From: Omnitrophica WOR_2 bacterium RIFOXYA2_FULL_38_17
Lineage (GTDB): Bacteria; Omnitrophota; Gorgyraeia; Zapsychrales; Zapsychraceae
NCBI GenBank assembly: GCA_001805965.1
Contig: MHHG01000052.1
Location: 13,930-77,929 of the forward strand
DNA length: 64,000 nt
Direction: 5' to 3'
Each line of letters begins with the position of its first letter. The stretch's first letter is position 1. The notes under the pieces were generated by a model. The model searched no databases. It was given only the letters and a program-made list of their open reading frames with translations, and was not told where the DNA came from. Below, one piece after another: positions 37,624 through 47,992 of this stretch. Position numbers and translations under genes: made by a program.

Positions 37624-38999
37624 GTTATCGATTTTCACAAATACCTGTTGATGTTCCGTTTGTTTCAACAAAGCATCGCACTATAAAGACTGCAATTCCA
37701 GCGTCAGAGACATTGAGTGTTTTATTGGAACAAGAAAAGTATGAATCTCACTCTATGCATGGACAGCTGCCTGTGGTTTGGGACAAGGCAGAGGATTTTC
37801 AAGTTTACGATAAGTGTGGTAATTGTTGGATAGATTTTACATCTACAATTTTTGTTGCAAATGCTGGGCACTCAAATCCTCGAATAGTAGATGCTTTAAG
37901 AAAAGCGATTGATAAAAAGTTACTGCATACATATACATATGCTCATGAGGCTCGATCTTTGTTTCTGAAGAAATTAATAGAATCAACACCTTCCCAATTT
38001 GAAAAGGCTTTTTTATTGTCAGCTGGAACAGAAGCGACGGAATGTGCAGTAAAGTTAATGAGAATGCATGGTCAAGAGATACATCCTTCTAAGGTTGGCA
38101 TTGTTTCTTTTGAAGGTGCGATGCATGGGAGGACTATGGCAGCTGAAATGCTTAAAGGGAAGCAAGGAAAATTGACTTGGGTTGGACATGATGATCCTAA
38201 TATTTATCACCTTCCATTTCCTTATCCTTGGGATGAAAAAGGATTATCTAGGAGTGAATGTGATTGGGAACAATGTTTTGAAGATAATATTGATAAATTG
38301 AAATCTAGTGGTTTGGATTTTGAAAATATTGCAGGTTTTATTATTGAATCCTATTTAGGTTGGGGGGCAATTTTTTATCCAAAAGACTATATTAAAGCTA
38401 TTGCCAAATTTGCCAAAAAGCATAATTGTTTAGTTACTTTTGATGAGATTCAAGGAGGATTTGGAAGAAGTGGGAAGTTGTTTGTTTATGAACATTATAA
38501 TGTTGAGCCAGATATGCTTTGTCTTGGAAAATCATTGAGTGGAAGTTTACCATTATCAGCAGTTATTGGTAGTAAAAAAATTATGGATTTGCCGGGGATT
38601 GGTTCTATGAGCAGTACTCATTCTGCGAACCCACTTTGTTGTGTTGCTGGATTAGCAAATCTAGAAGCTATTGAGTCTGAAAATTTAGTTGAAGAATCTG
38701 CTAGAAAGGGCGTGATATTGCATAAACGTCTTAACGAATTAAAAAATAAATATTCAAATAGAATCTCATGGGTCCTTGGGAAAGGCCTGGTTGCTGGTTT
38801 GCTTTTTAAAGATCCTGCGACAGGAAAGCCTGATGTATTATTTCCAAGTCGAGTTTGTGAAAAAGCTATGCAAAAGGGATTGCTTCTTGTTCATACTGGA
38901 AGAGAGTCAATAAAGATAGGACCACCGTTAACGATTTCAGACGAGGCCCTAGTAGAAGGGCTTGATGTACTTGAGGAATCAATCGAAGAACTTAGTTGA
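37620..38999 (+). CDS. Class III PLP-dependent aminotransferase (GSA-aminomutase-like)
   Basis: LSAGTEATECAVKLMR and TFDEIQGGFGRSGKLF (DEIQ.GFGRTG class III motif). Confidence 0.8.
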   Translation: MSYRFSQIPVDVPFVSTKHRTIKTAIPASETLSVLLEQEKYESHSMHGQLPVVWDKAEDFQVYDKCGNCWIDFTSTIFVANAGHSNPRIVDALRKAIDKKLLHTYTYAHEARSLFLKKLIESTPSQFEKAFLLSAGTEATECAVKLMRMHGQEIHPSKVGIVSFEGAMHGRTMAAEMLKGKQGKLTWVGHDDPNIYHLPFPYPWDEKGLSRSECDWEQCFEDNIDKLKSSGLDFENIAGFIIESYLGWGAIFYPKDYIKAIAKFAKKHNCLVTFDEIQGGFGRSGKLFVYEHYNVEPDMLCLGKSLSGSLPLSAVIGSKKIMDLPGIGSMSSTHSANPLCCVAGLANLEAIESENLVEESARKGVILHKRLNELKNKYSNRISWVLGKGLVAGLLFKDPATGKPDVLFPSRVCEKAMQKGLLLVHTGRESIKIGPPLTISDEALVEGLDVLEESIEELS

Positions 39000-39661
39000 C
39001 GCAGGAAGGATTTTCTATGTTTCATGAAGCTTTAAATGAAAAATGTCTCGAAATTTATATTGATCGTGTAAAAAACATTGATCTTATATGGGTCGAGCAA
39101 TTTTTAGATATTATTTCTGAGAGAATTTGTTCTGATAGTTATTTTCGATTAAACGATATAGGGTGCAATCTTGGTCAATTTTGGAAGGGATTGAAGAAGC
39201 GTGAATGGGGAAAGAATATAAATTATTTTGGATATGATTGTGACGATCTTTATCTTGAAGAAGCAAAGAAAGTATTTTCTGAAATATCTGATAATTTATT
39301 CAAGTTTGATGTTACTCAGGAAAAGCCTCCCGAGTGCGATATTACTGTTTGTTCTGCTACTCTAGAGCATCTAGAGAATCTTCAACCAGGTCTTGATAAT
39401 ATGTTACAATCTACCAAAAAATTATTTTTATTGAGAACATTCTTAGGGGAAGAAACTTTATGTTCAAAGAGAATGATAGAAGATGCAAAAGTGCCTTATA
39501 ACGTTCATCAGTTTTCATTTAGAGAATTATTTTTAGCACTTGAAAAGAATGGTTTTTCTTCAAAGGTGATTCGTGATAAATATACGGATTCCATGCCTGT
39601 TTATCTTGATGATGGTATGATTCGTACAATATTTATAGTAGCTGGGAGCAAAGTGCAATGA
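38996..39661 (+). CDS. Methyltransferase-fold protein (divergent class I SAM MTase-like)
   Basis: Degenerate motif I (LNDIGCNLGQF) and post-I acidic residue; weak. Confidence 0.4.
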   Translation: MTQEGFSMFHEALNEKCLEIYIDRVKNIDLIWVEQFLDIISERICSDSYFRLNDIGCNLGQFWKGLKKREWGKNINYFGYDCDDLYLEEAKKVFSEISDNLFKFDVTQEKPPECDITVCSATLEHLENLQPGLDNMLQSTKKLFLLRTFLGEETLCSKRMIEDAKVPYNVHQFSFRELFLALEKNGFSSKVIRDKYTDSMPVYLDDGMIRTIFIVAGSKVQ

Positions 39662-40086
39662 TAAAAGATATTCGACATACAGGTATAGTTGTTGCGGATT
39701 TGGAGGCATCACTAAAATTTTATCAAGATATTCTTGGCTTTAGCATTGTTAAGAAAATGGATGAAACAGGAGATTTTATTGATAATATTCTATTACTGGA
39801 GAATGTAAAGGTTACAACTGTAAAGATGGCGTCTTCATCAGGGCAAATGATAGAGCTGTTGAAATATCAATCTCATCCTGCAGATCAAAAAAAACATGAT
39901 ATTAATGATGTTGGAATTTCTCATATTGCATTTACCGTTGATGATTTGGACGTGGTGTATAAAAGGTTAATGGATAATAAAATTCAATTTAATTCATCTC
40001 CACAAATTTCTCCGGATGGTTATGCAAAAGTTGTTTTTTGTCGGGCTCCAGAAGGGACAATGATTGAACTAGTAGAGGTTTTATAA
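39658..40086 (+). CDS. VOC/glyoxalase-family protein
   Basis: IRHTGIVVADLE N-terminal and HIAFTVDDLD paired beta-alpha-beta-beta-beta module motifs. Confidence 0.65.
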   Translation: MIKDIRHTGIVVADLEASLKFYQDILGFSIVKKMDETGDFIDNILLLENVKVTTVKMASSSGQMIELLKYQSHPADQKKHDINDVGISHIAFTVDDLDVVYKRLMDNKIQFNSSPQISPDGYAKVVFCRAPEGTMIELVEVL

Positions 40087-40802
40087 TGGCATCAAATTCA
40101 AATAATATGCAAAAAGATTATGTTGCTGTAACTTATAACGAAAAAGATAGACCTTTTACGCAGTATCCTGAGAAGTTATCGAGTTATTTGTTTTCAAGAT
40201 ACAATTTGAAAAAGGGAAGTAAACTTTTGGATTTAGGATGTGGCCGAGGGGAATTCTTGAAGGGATTTATACAATGTGGTCTTGAAGGGTGTGGAGTTGA
40301 TCAGTCAGTTATATCAAAGTCTGTTTGTCCTGAGGCTGAAATAGTTCAGTCGGATTTAGAGAATAAACCTTTGCCATATGAGAACAATGCTTTTGATATT
40401 GTTTTTTCAAAATCTGTCATTGAGCATTTTTATTATCCTGAGAAATTAGTTAAAGAAATATACCGTGTTGTTAGGCCTGGTGGATTGATAATCACAATGG
40501 TTCCAGAATGGAAATCAGTTTATAAAATATTTTATGACGACTATACGCATAGAACACCTTTTACAATAAACTCTCTTAGAGAAATATTGTTTATGCATAA
40601 TTTTGAAGATATAAATGTTGAAAGATTTATGCAGCTTCCGTTTTTATGGTCATCGCCTTGGTTGAAGCCTTTTTGTTCTATTGTAGCTATGACAGCACCT
40701 TGTGTATTGAAGCCATATAGTAAACTAGTGAGGTTTTCAAAAGAAATTATGCTTCTTTCAACTGCTGTTAAACCCAAGAGTGTTGTGGAGAGTAAGAAAT
40801 GA
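40086..40802 (+). CDS. Class I SAM-dependent methyltransferase
   Basis: LLDLGCGRGEF motif I, FDIVFSKSVIEH motif II/III. Confidence 0.75.
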   Translation: MASNSNNMQKDYVAVTYNEKDRPFTQYPEKLSSYLFSRYNLKKGSKLLDLGCGRGEFLKGFIQCGLEGCGVDQSVISKSVCPEAEIVQSDLENKPLPYENNAFDIVFSKSVIEHFYYPEKLVKEIYRVVRPGGLIITMVPEWKSVYKIFYDDYTHRTPFTINSLREILFMHNFEDINVERFMQLPFLWSSPWLKPFCSIVAMTAPCVLKPYSKLVRFSKEIMLLSTAVKPKSVVESKK

Positions 40803-41599
40803 GTAAATGCTTAAATGGATTATATTGTATTCATCTTGAATTAACTAGTAGGTGTAATAAGAATTGTTGGATGTGTGGTCGTCGTAAAATTGATAGAGAG
40901 TACCCTGAAATTGCTGCTAATTATGGTGAAATGGACTTTGAGTTGGTTAAGAAAATTTCTGAACAGGTGCCGGAGGACATAGTTGTTCAGTTTCATAATA
41001 ATGGTGAACCGCTTTTATATCCAAAGTTTGGAGAGGTAGTAAAGTTATTTGAAAATCAAATAAAATGTATGGATACAAATGCCAAGCTTATTATTGAACG
41101 GGCTGATGAAATAATTGATAGCATTGATACTATTACCATTTCAATATTTGAAAATGATCCTGAAGGGGATGAGCAATTTGAACTAGTCAAGGAATTTATA
41201 AAAATTAAAGGTGATAGAAAGCCAAATATTGTATTTAGATGTATGGGTGATGTTGGCGTGGAAAAATGGAAAGAATTAGGAGGTATTATCGCAACGAGAA
41301 CATTGCATAATCCTTTGGGAAGTTTTGAGTATAGAAAGTCTCCAACGGTTCCTGAAATAGGAATATGTTTAGAAATTTTGAACCATATGGCTATTGATAG
41401 GTTTGGGAAAGTTTCAATATGTGTTCGGTTTGACCCTCAGCGTGTGGGAGTTATTGGAGATGCGAATATTGATTCGCTATATGATATTTGGAATGGTGAA
41501 AAGAGAAAAGAGTGGGTTGAGTATCATAAGCAAGGAAAGAGGGACAAAATACCTCTGTGTAGTAAATGTGATTTTTGGGGAGTAGCTACTAGTTCTTGA
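40799..41599 (+). CDS. Radical SAM enzyme with C-terminal Cys-rich (SPASM/twitch-like) region
   Basis: ELTSRCNKNCWMCGRR (CxxxCxxC) plus C-terminal CVRF...CSKCDFWG cysteines. Confidence 0.7.
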   Translation: MSKCLNGLYCIHLELTSRCNKNCWMCGRRKIDREYPEIAANYGEMDFELVKKISEQVPEDIVVQFHNNGEPLLYPKFGEVVKLFENQIKCMDTNAKLIIERADEIIDSIDTITISIFENDPEGDEQFELVKEFIKIKGDRKPNIVFRCMGDVGVEKWKELGGIIATRTLHNPLGSFEYRKSPTVPEIGICLEILNHMAIDRFGKVSICVRFDPQRVGVIGDANIDSLYDIWNGEKRKEWVEYHKQGKRDKIPLCSKCDFWGVATSS

Positions 41600-41620
41600 A
41601 ATTGAATCTAAATAATATTA

Positions 41621-42508
41621 TTGGTGTTAAAAGTGACAAATCAAATGAAGTGTTATTTATGTGAGGGAACAAAGCTCGTTGAGAGAGAAGGTAGTGTTCG
41701 AGATATGTCAGGATTGGGAATTCTTGAGTGTGCATCTTGTGGATTAGTTTTCTTGTCGTCGTTTGATCATATCAACGAAGGATTTTATGAAGAGTCAGGG
41801 ATGCATGGTGACGATGATCTAGATATTCAATCTTGGCTAAATGAGACAGAGTGGGATGATGAGCGTCGTTTTCAGTATTTTAAAGCGGAATTGCAAAATC
41901 GAAAGTTATTAGATTTTGGGTGTGGGGCAGGAGGTTTTCTTCTAAAAGCTCGGGATTTATCTGAACAGGCATATGGTGTTGAATCTGAAAGCCGATTAAA
42001 AAGTCACTTTCAGAATAATGGTTTGAGTGTTTTTCAAGAATTATCTGAAATTCCAAAAGATGTTCAAGATGATGGGTTTGATATTATAACTATGTTTCAT
42101 GTTTTAGAACATATACCAAAACCGAAATCACTGTTGATTGAGTTGAGCAAATTATTAAAAGACGATAGTCAGATTATTGTTGAGGTTCCAAATGCGAGCG
42201 ATGCATTATTGACCTTGTTTAAAAATAAGCCATTTTCAAATTTTACTTATTGGAGCTGCCATTTGTTTTTATATACCACTGAAACATTACAAATGTTATT
42301 TGATCAAGTAAACTTTAAAGTGAATTATATTAAACAAATTCAAAGGTATCCACTGTCAAATCATTTATATTGGTTGGCAAAGGGAAAGCCTGGTGGACAT
42401 CAGAAGTGGAAGTTTCTCGATTCTCCGGAACTTAATGCTATTTACGAAAAGCAACTTGGGTCTTTTGGTGGGTGTGATACGATTTTGGCGAGTATTACTA
42501 GAAATTAA
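41621..42508 (+). CDS. Class I SAM methyltransferase with N-terminal Zn-ribbon
   Basis: CYLCEG...CASCG ribbon, then LLDFGCGAGGF motif I. Confidence 0.75.
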   Translation: MVLKVTNQMKCYLCEGTKLVEREGSVRDMSGLGILECASCGLVFLSSFDHINEGFYEESGMHGDDDLDIQSWLNETEWDDERRFQYFKAELQNRKLLDFGCGAGGFLLKARDLSEQAYGVESESRLKSHFQNNGLSVFQELSEIPKDVQDDGFDIITMFHVLEHIPKPKSLLIELSKLLKDDSQIIVEVPNASDALLTLFKNKPFSNFTYWSCHLFLYTTETLQMLFDQVNFKVNYIKQIQRYPLSNHLYWLAKGKPGGHQKWKFLDSPELNAIYEKQLGSFGGCDTILASITRN

Positions 42509-42565
42509 GAGTATTAAGAAGAAATTGAAAGTATTCTATTGTAATGATTGTCTGGAGAGTATTAA

Positions 42566-43957
42566 ATGAAAATTTTATTTGTCGTGTATGATAATGGATC
42601 TTATATTCATAGTTTTCCTATTGGGATTGCATATCTTGCATCGGCTCTTCGAAAAAATAATCATGAAGTTGTCATTTATAATCAAGATATTCATCATTAT
42701 AAAGATGAGGGTTTAACTAGGTATTTAGATGAAAATGATTTTGATGTTGTTGGTATAGGTGTTATTGCAGGATACTATCAGTATAGAAAACTTCTAAAAA
42801 TTTCTGAAGCAATCAATACTTCTTCTAATCGGCCTAAACATTATGTTTTGGGAGGCCATGGTCCGACGCCTGATCCAGAATATTTTCTTAATATAACAGG
42901 TGCAGATATTGTTGTTATGGGTGAAGGTGAAGTTGCTTTTCTGAATTTGCTAAAAGCTATTGAGTGTAAGGAAGCTTTGAACAATGTGTTGGGCATAGCT
43001 TTTAAGGAAGAAGATAAGATAATTATTAATCCTAGACAGCCTCTTATTGAAGATATTGATACTATTGAGTGGCCAGCATATGATATGTTTGCTATTGATC
43101 ATTATAGGTTGACTCGTTCGCCAAATTCAACAAATGAAGATTTTTCTATGCCGATTCTTTCTGCGCGAGGTTGTACTTTTAAATGTAATTTTTGTTATCG
43201 TATGGATGAAGGCTATCGGACAAGAAAGCCTGAAGCAATTATTGAGGAAATTCAATATCTTCGAGAGAATTATGGGATTAACTATATAGAATTTATGGAT
43301 GAGCTTCTTATGTCTTCTAAACAACGCATCATTGAAGTTTGTGAAGCGATTATAAAATCGAAGTTAAAATTTAAATGGTATTGCAATGGGAGATTAAATT
43401 ATGCTAAAGCTGAAGAGTTGAAGCTAATGAAAAAGGCTGGATGCGTTTTTATCAATTATGGTATTGAAGCTTTTGATGATGATGTTTTGAGGAAAATGAA
43501 CAAATCTTTATCTACGACTCAGATAGAAGAAGGGATTGTGGCTACTTTGAAAGAACGAATCAGCCCAGGTTTTAATATAATTTTCGGACATATTGGAGAT
43601 ACCAAAGAGACGTTAAACAAAGGTGTGGAGTTTTTATTAAAATATGACGATGGTGCCCAAATGAGAACAATTAGGCCTGTAACACCATATCCAGGATCAC
43701 CACTATACTATCATGCCATTGAGAAAGGGTTGCTTAAGGATTGTGAAGATTTTTATGAGAATAAGCATTCTAATTCTGATTTATTGGCAGTTAATTTTAC
43801 AGATATGACAGACAATGAATTTCATGAAAGCCTTTTTGAGGCGAATAGCCGTTTGCTAGAAAATTATTTTCGAAACAAGAAGAAAAGTGTTATTCAACAA
43901 GCAAGGGAATTGTATCTTGATCATAATGTTAATTTTAGAGGATTTAGGCAGACTTAA
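42566..43957 (+). CDS. B12-binding-domain radical SAM enzyme (class B)
   Basis: N-terminal B12-binding Rossmann-like region, ILSARGCTFKCNFCY. Confidence 0.85.
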   Translation: MKILFVVYDNGSYIHSFPIGIAYLASALRKNNHEVVIYNQDIHHYKDEGLTRYLDENDFDVVGIGVIAGYYQYRKLLKISEAINTSSNRPKHYVLGGHGPTPDPEYFLNITGADIVVMGEGEVAFLNLLKAIECKEALNNVLGIAFKEEDKIIINPRQPLIEDIDTIEWPAYDMFAIDHYRLTRSPNSTNEDFSMPILSARGCTFKCNFCYRMDEGYRTRKPEAIIEEIQYLRENYGINYIEFMDELLMSSKQRIIEVCEAIIKSKLKFKWYCNGRLNYAKAEELKLMKKAGCVFINYGIEAFDDDVLRKMNKSLSTTQIEEGIVATLKERISPGFNIIFGHIGDTKETLNKGVEFLLKYDDGAQMRTIRPVTPYPGSPLYYHAIEKGLLKDCEDFYENKHSNSDLLAVNFTDMTDNEFHESLFEANSRLLENYFRNKKKSVIQQARELYLDHNVNFRGFRQT

Positions 43958-43971
43958 GGATGGTATTTTAA

Positions 43972-45861
43972 ATGAATTTGATTTTAATAGAAAATGACCA
44001 AAGCATAGATAAAGTCATATCTCATCCAGAATATGTTCAAGGAAGAGACGTGATTTTATGTTTTTGTTATCTTTCATATTGGTATTTAAAGAATCAGAGC
44101 GACAAACATATTTGCGTATTTAATGATGACCTTTTTTTTAAAGAGGATTATGATTGTATGCATTCTGAGACAGAAAGATTTGCTTCGACTTGGTTCTACC
44201 AAGATGGTGCGGATGTAACATTGTTTAATAATGTCTCTTTTGGCGATTTGATAAAACCAGCTATTGGAAGAACATATATGTCTCATATTTTAGTTAAATA
44301 TGGTGAAGCTATTCGTAAATCTGTAGAAAAGTGGGGCAAAATCAATTGTATTTATTATGATTTTACAAATAAAAGTAATTACTTTAACTATCTTCAAAAC
44401 GATGGTGGTAGATTTTTCAATAAAAAAAGACTTGTTGAATGTGTTGCTAAACAATTAAATATAAAGACTTCAGAAATTATAACAGATAAGGTGTTGCCGA
44501 CTCCATATCTTCATGAGAAAGTTTGCATAGATTTTAACGGGAAGCTCCAAGAAAACAAAAAAGATCTACGTGGCACGATATGTTATTTTGCAAAATTGAT
44601 TCATAATGCTATAAGCCGTTTTCTATCTTTGTTTAATGGTACATTTAATGCAGGGAAAGTTTACTTTTTTAACTATTACAACATTAATAGTTTTGTACAA
44701 CATCACGCCAAAGATCTTGTGATCCCAAATTTTGGATTAAAGGATCATTTGAAAACGCTTTTCTCAGGATTGACATTTGCAGACATTGATGATGAGAAAT
44801 ATGAATTAGATAAGCCTGAGAATAGTTATCTGAAATTTATTCGGGATAGATTGTTGGATGAGGGTGTTGTTCGATCTGATTGTGACTTTGTATTCAATGG
44901 TATTGATTATTCTTCGATTTATGAGCCTGCTTTAAAGAACTTTGTCGAATGTCTTATTCCTTTTTATTTAGCGCATATGGTTAAGGTTAGGAATTTTCTC
45001 AAGAGGATGAGAGTTGCAAAGTTAGTTGTGAATGATATCACAGACGAGAAAAATGGTGTTATTATTGCAGCATGTCGACAATCCAATGTAAAAGTTTATT
45101 TTGTTGATCATGGAATCAAAGCATGGAGATCGGCGTATCCTTTACCATTTGTTGCTCCTGATGTTTATTTTGAAGCAAGTACTAGACCCTTTTACGAAAT
45201 GCCATTATTGCCCGAACCGCTTGGAACGCCTATTATGGATCAGCATGCTGAAAGACCAAGAAAGAAGGTTTCTAGGATAAAAAAAATTCTTTTTTTGACT
45301 TTTGCTGATAGTCATTATGCAAGATTAGATAGGTTAGCTTATAGGGGTAAATATTATGCAGAAATATTTTCTGTATTCAAAGGCTTGTCAGAGATGGGTA
45401 TGGAACTTTATTATAGGACTCATAGTGAAAATCAAGCTTATCATGATTATATGTTTGATCTTTTTGATGTAGATAGGACAACTTTTAAATTAAAGCATGG
45501 AGGTAGATTTTGTGATGTTATACGAGAGATGGATTTAATGGTGTGTAATTTTACTACATGTTTTTTTGAAGCTCAAGCTTCAGGTATTCCTACGATATTT
45601 CTTGAGCCGCATGTTATTATGGATGCTCTTCAGATGCCTTTGAGTGGAGAGCATATGAAAGATGTTATTCGTGTGTCAACTGGCAAAGATTTGATGAATA
45701 TTGTTAAACGTAATAAGGATAATCCTGCTGAATTAAATAAGTTTCTGGATGCTTTCATTGAAACAAATGGTGTCCCTTATATTGGAAATCTAGATGGAAA
45801 GGCAAGTGAGAGAATTTCTGATTATATATTTAATGATAAAGTAAGGAATCTTTCTGAATAA
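43972..45861 (+). CDS. Large uncharacterized protein with GT-B/TagF-like C-terminal half (putative glycosyl- or glycerophospho-transferase)
   Basis: 629 aa; C-terminal KKILFLTFADSHY...YYRTHSEN...ASGIPTIFLEPH resembles the donor-binding half of TagF/KpsS-like GT-B enzymes (HP motif). Confidence 0.4.
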   Translation: MNLILIENDQSIDKVISHPEYVQGRDVILCFCYLSYWYLKNQSDKHICVFNDDLFFKEDYDCMHSETERFASTWFYQDGADVTLFNNVSFGDLIKPAIGRTYMSHILVKYGEAIRKSVEKWGKINCIYYDFTNKSNYFNYLQNDGGRFFNKKRLVECVAKQLNIKTSEIITDKVLPTPYLHEKVCIDFNGKLQENKKDLRGTICYFAKLIHNAISRFLSLFNGTFNAGKVYFFNYYNINSFVQHHAKDLVIPNFGLKDHLKTLFSGLTFADIDDEKYELDKPENSYLKFIRDRLLDEGVVRSDCDFVFNGIDYSSIYEPALKNFVECLIPFYLAHMVKVRNFLKRMRVAKLVVNDITDEKNGVIIAACRQSNVKVYFVDHGIKAWRSAYPLPFVAPDVYFEASTRPFYEMPLLPEPLGTPIMDQHAERPRKKVSRIKKILFLTFADSHYARLDRLAYRGKYYAEIFSVFKGLSEMGMELYYRTHSENQAYHDYMFDLFDVDRTTFKLKHGGRFCDVIREMDLMVCNFTTCFFEAQASGIPTIFLEPHVIMDALQMPLSGEHMKDVIRVSTGKDLMNIVKRNKDNPAELNKFLDAFIETNGVPYIGNLDGKASERISDYIFNDKVRNLSE

Positions 45862-45903
45862 AATCTAATATTGAATTTTGTATCAAACAAGAAATAACTT
45901 ATT

Positions 45904-46899
45904 ATGGAAAACAAAAAAACAGTTTTTGAAGAAAAAAGATCAAAAAGAACATTTGCGGATTGGTCAAATTTAAAGCCTCCTTTTCCAAAAGAAGTATTTA
46001 TGGATGTTACAAGTTATTGTAATTATGAATGCATTTTTTGTAGCAATAAAAAATTATCAGATAAATGTCATCTAGATAAAGAGTTAGCATTTAGGATAAT
46101 TGATGAGTGTTCAGAGAATGGTACGGAAGATATGGCAATGTATGCGACAGGAGAACCTTTTATGCGTAATGATTTGCATGAATTTGTTGCATATGCCAAA
46201 AGTAAGAATATTAAGTATGTTTTTTTAGGAACAAATGGGTCTTTAGCAACGGCTCAAAGGGCTAAGGCGGTACTTGATGCTGGTTTGGATAGCATAAAGT
46301 TTTCTATTAATGCAGGCACGAGAGAATCTTATCACAAAGTTCATGGTCGTGATGATTTTGAAAAAGTGATTGAAAATGTGAAATGGATTCACAACTACAG
46401 AAAAGAATCAGGATTAAAATTTGGAATGTATGTGAGCATGGTGCCTACCCATTTAACCGAAGGAGAAATTCCTGTTTTAGAAAAAGTAATTGGTCCTTAT
46501 GTTGACTTAATAAATAATAGAGGATGTTCAAATCAAGGTGGCAATATGTATGAGAACAATTTCAATGCCAAGGTAGATAAGGATAATTTGTTGGGGAGCT
46601 TAACTACAGAAAAACACTGCGGGAAATGTCCCGATTTATTTCAGCGAACGGTTGTTACCCCACAGGGATATTTGTCTGCTTGTGTAGTTGATTATAGAAA
46701 TTATTTATGTGTTGCCGACTTGCATGAAGTTACGATTAAAGAGGCTTGGCATGATGATGTTTATGTTGATTTGCGAAGAAAGCATGTTGAAGGGAAACTG
46801 TCTAGATTGATGTGTAACAATTGCCTCAATAATGTTAATGAGCAAGCGGAGCCGCTTGTGGAAAAATATTCCTTGTCTTATAAAAACGAAAAGAAATAA
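45904..46899 (+). CDS. Radical SAM/SPASM-domain enzyme
   Basis: MDVTSYCNYECIFCSN CxxxCxxC; C-terminal CGKCP...CVVD...CNNC auxiliary-cluster cysteines. Confidence 0.75.
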   Translation: MENKKTVFEEKRSKRTFADWSNLKPPFPKEVFMDVTSYCNYECIFCSNKKLSDKCHLDKELAFRIIDECSENGTEDMAMYATGEPFMRNDLHEFVAYAKSKNIKYVFLGTNGSLATAQRAKAVLDAGLDSIKFSINAGTRESYHKVHGRDDFEKVIENVKWIHNYRKESGLKFGMYVSMVPTHLTEGEIPVLEKVIGPYVDLINNRGCSNQGGNMYENNFNAKVDKDNLLGSLTTEKHCGKCPDLFQRTVVTPQGYLSACVVDYRNYLCVADLHEVTIKEAWHDDVYVDLRRKHVEGKLSRLMCNNCLNNVNEQAEPLVEKYSLSYKNEKK

Positions 46900-46900
46900 C

Positions 46901-47992
46901 ATGAATAAACAATTTAAAAAGAATTTACTTGAGTTAAAGCGTTATCGGACTTCAACTGGTCGAGATATTGAAGGAGGTCTCTGTCTTGACAGAAATGAAA
47001 GAGTTTCTAAATTTGCAAAGAAAATTATGGATGAAGCCCTCGATAGCATTACAAGCTCTGTATTGAGTTGTTATCCAGACCCAGGTGAATTATACAAAGC
47101 CTTGTCGTCTTTTTTGTCTGTTTCCCAAAATTGTATATATCTTACAAATGGAATTACAGAAGGAATCCGGGTAGCTTTTGAGACTCTGACAAGCCCGGGA
47201 GATGAGGTTATTATTGTTGAGCCTACGTATCCTATGTATAGGGTTTATTCAGATATTTATCAAACAAAATTTATTCCGATCAAATTTACACAAGAGTTGC
47301 ACCTAGAATATGAAAAAATTGAATCTATGATCACGAAGAAGACAGCTTTTGTTTGCATTCCTAATCCTAATTTACCTATTGAGAGCTACTTATCATTAAA
47401 GATCATTAAGGATATTGCCAAGAAATGTCAAAAGCATGATGTAATGTTTTTTGTTGATGAAGCTTATGCGTTTCTAGGTGGGGAAAGTGCGATTTCATTG
47501 ATTGATGATTTTGAAAATTTGGTTGTTTTTCAAACCATGTCAAAGGCGTTTGGCTTAGCTGGTGTGCGTCTGGGATGGATGGTCTCAAACCAAAAGAATA
47601 TTGATTATTTTTCTAAAACACGAGCATTGGTTGAATCTAATGGTGTGACCTTGGTAGTGGCCAAATATATGATAGAAAATATCGATATTTTGAAAGAATA
47701 TGTTTCTGATCTCAAACAAGGATTGACATATTTACGCCGAGAGTTAACTACGCTAGGAATTAAATCTTTTGGTGGAGATTATACTAATTCTACACTTTTA
47801 TTTATGGATAATGAAGATGATGCGAATAGTGCTTTGGAGTATTTGCGAGAAAGAAAAATCTATGTTCGTGCCTCTTTCAAGGAGCCTTTTAATAATTGTT
47901 TGAGAATTACTTTAGGTCCAAGGGACAGTATGAAGAAGTTTTTGAAATATTTTAATGAGTGGTTGCAAAATAATAGGATGGAGACTGAATGA
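46901..47992 (+). CDS. Class I/II PLP aminotransferase (HisC/CobD-like)
   Basis: FQTMSKAFGLAGVRLGWMV (SKxxGxxGxRxG PLP-Lys motif). Start set to the ATG at 46901 to remove overlap with the upstream gene. Confidence 0.75.
   Translation: MNKQFKKNLLELKRYRTSTGRDIEGGLCLDRNERVSKFAKKIMDEALDSITSSVLSCYPDPGELYKALSSFLSVSQNCIYLTNGITEGIRVAFETLTSPGDEVIIVEPTYPMYRVYSDIYQTKFIPIKFTQELHLEYEKIESMITKKTAFVCIPNPNLPIESYLSLKIIKDIAKKCQKHDVMFFVDEAYAFLGGESAISLIDDFENLVVFQTMSKAFGLAGVRLGWMVSNQKNIDYFSKTRALVESNGVTLVVAKYMIENIDILKEYVSDLKQGLTYLRRELTTLGIKSFGGDYTNSTLLFMDNEDDANSALEYLRERKIYVRASFKEPFNNCLRITLGPRDSMKKFLKYFNEWLQNNRMETE

Noticed and set aside
46832-46900. 69-nt 5' extension of the aminotransferase ORF overlapping the upstream radical SAM gene
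   Set aside because: ATG at 46901 follows the upstream stop directly and gives a normal N-terminus (MNKQFKK); the extension looks like an artifact of longest-ORF calling. The same logic was applied at 54250 to 54280 and 55678 to 55780 (TTG).
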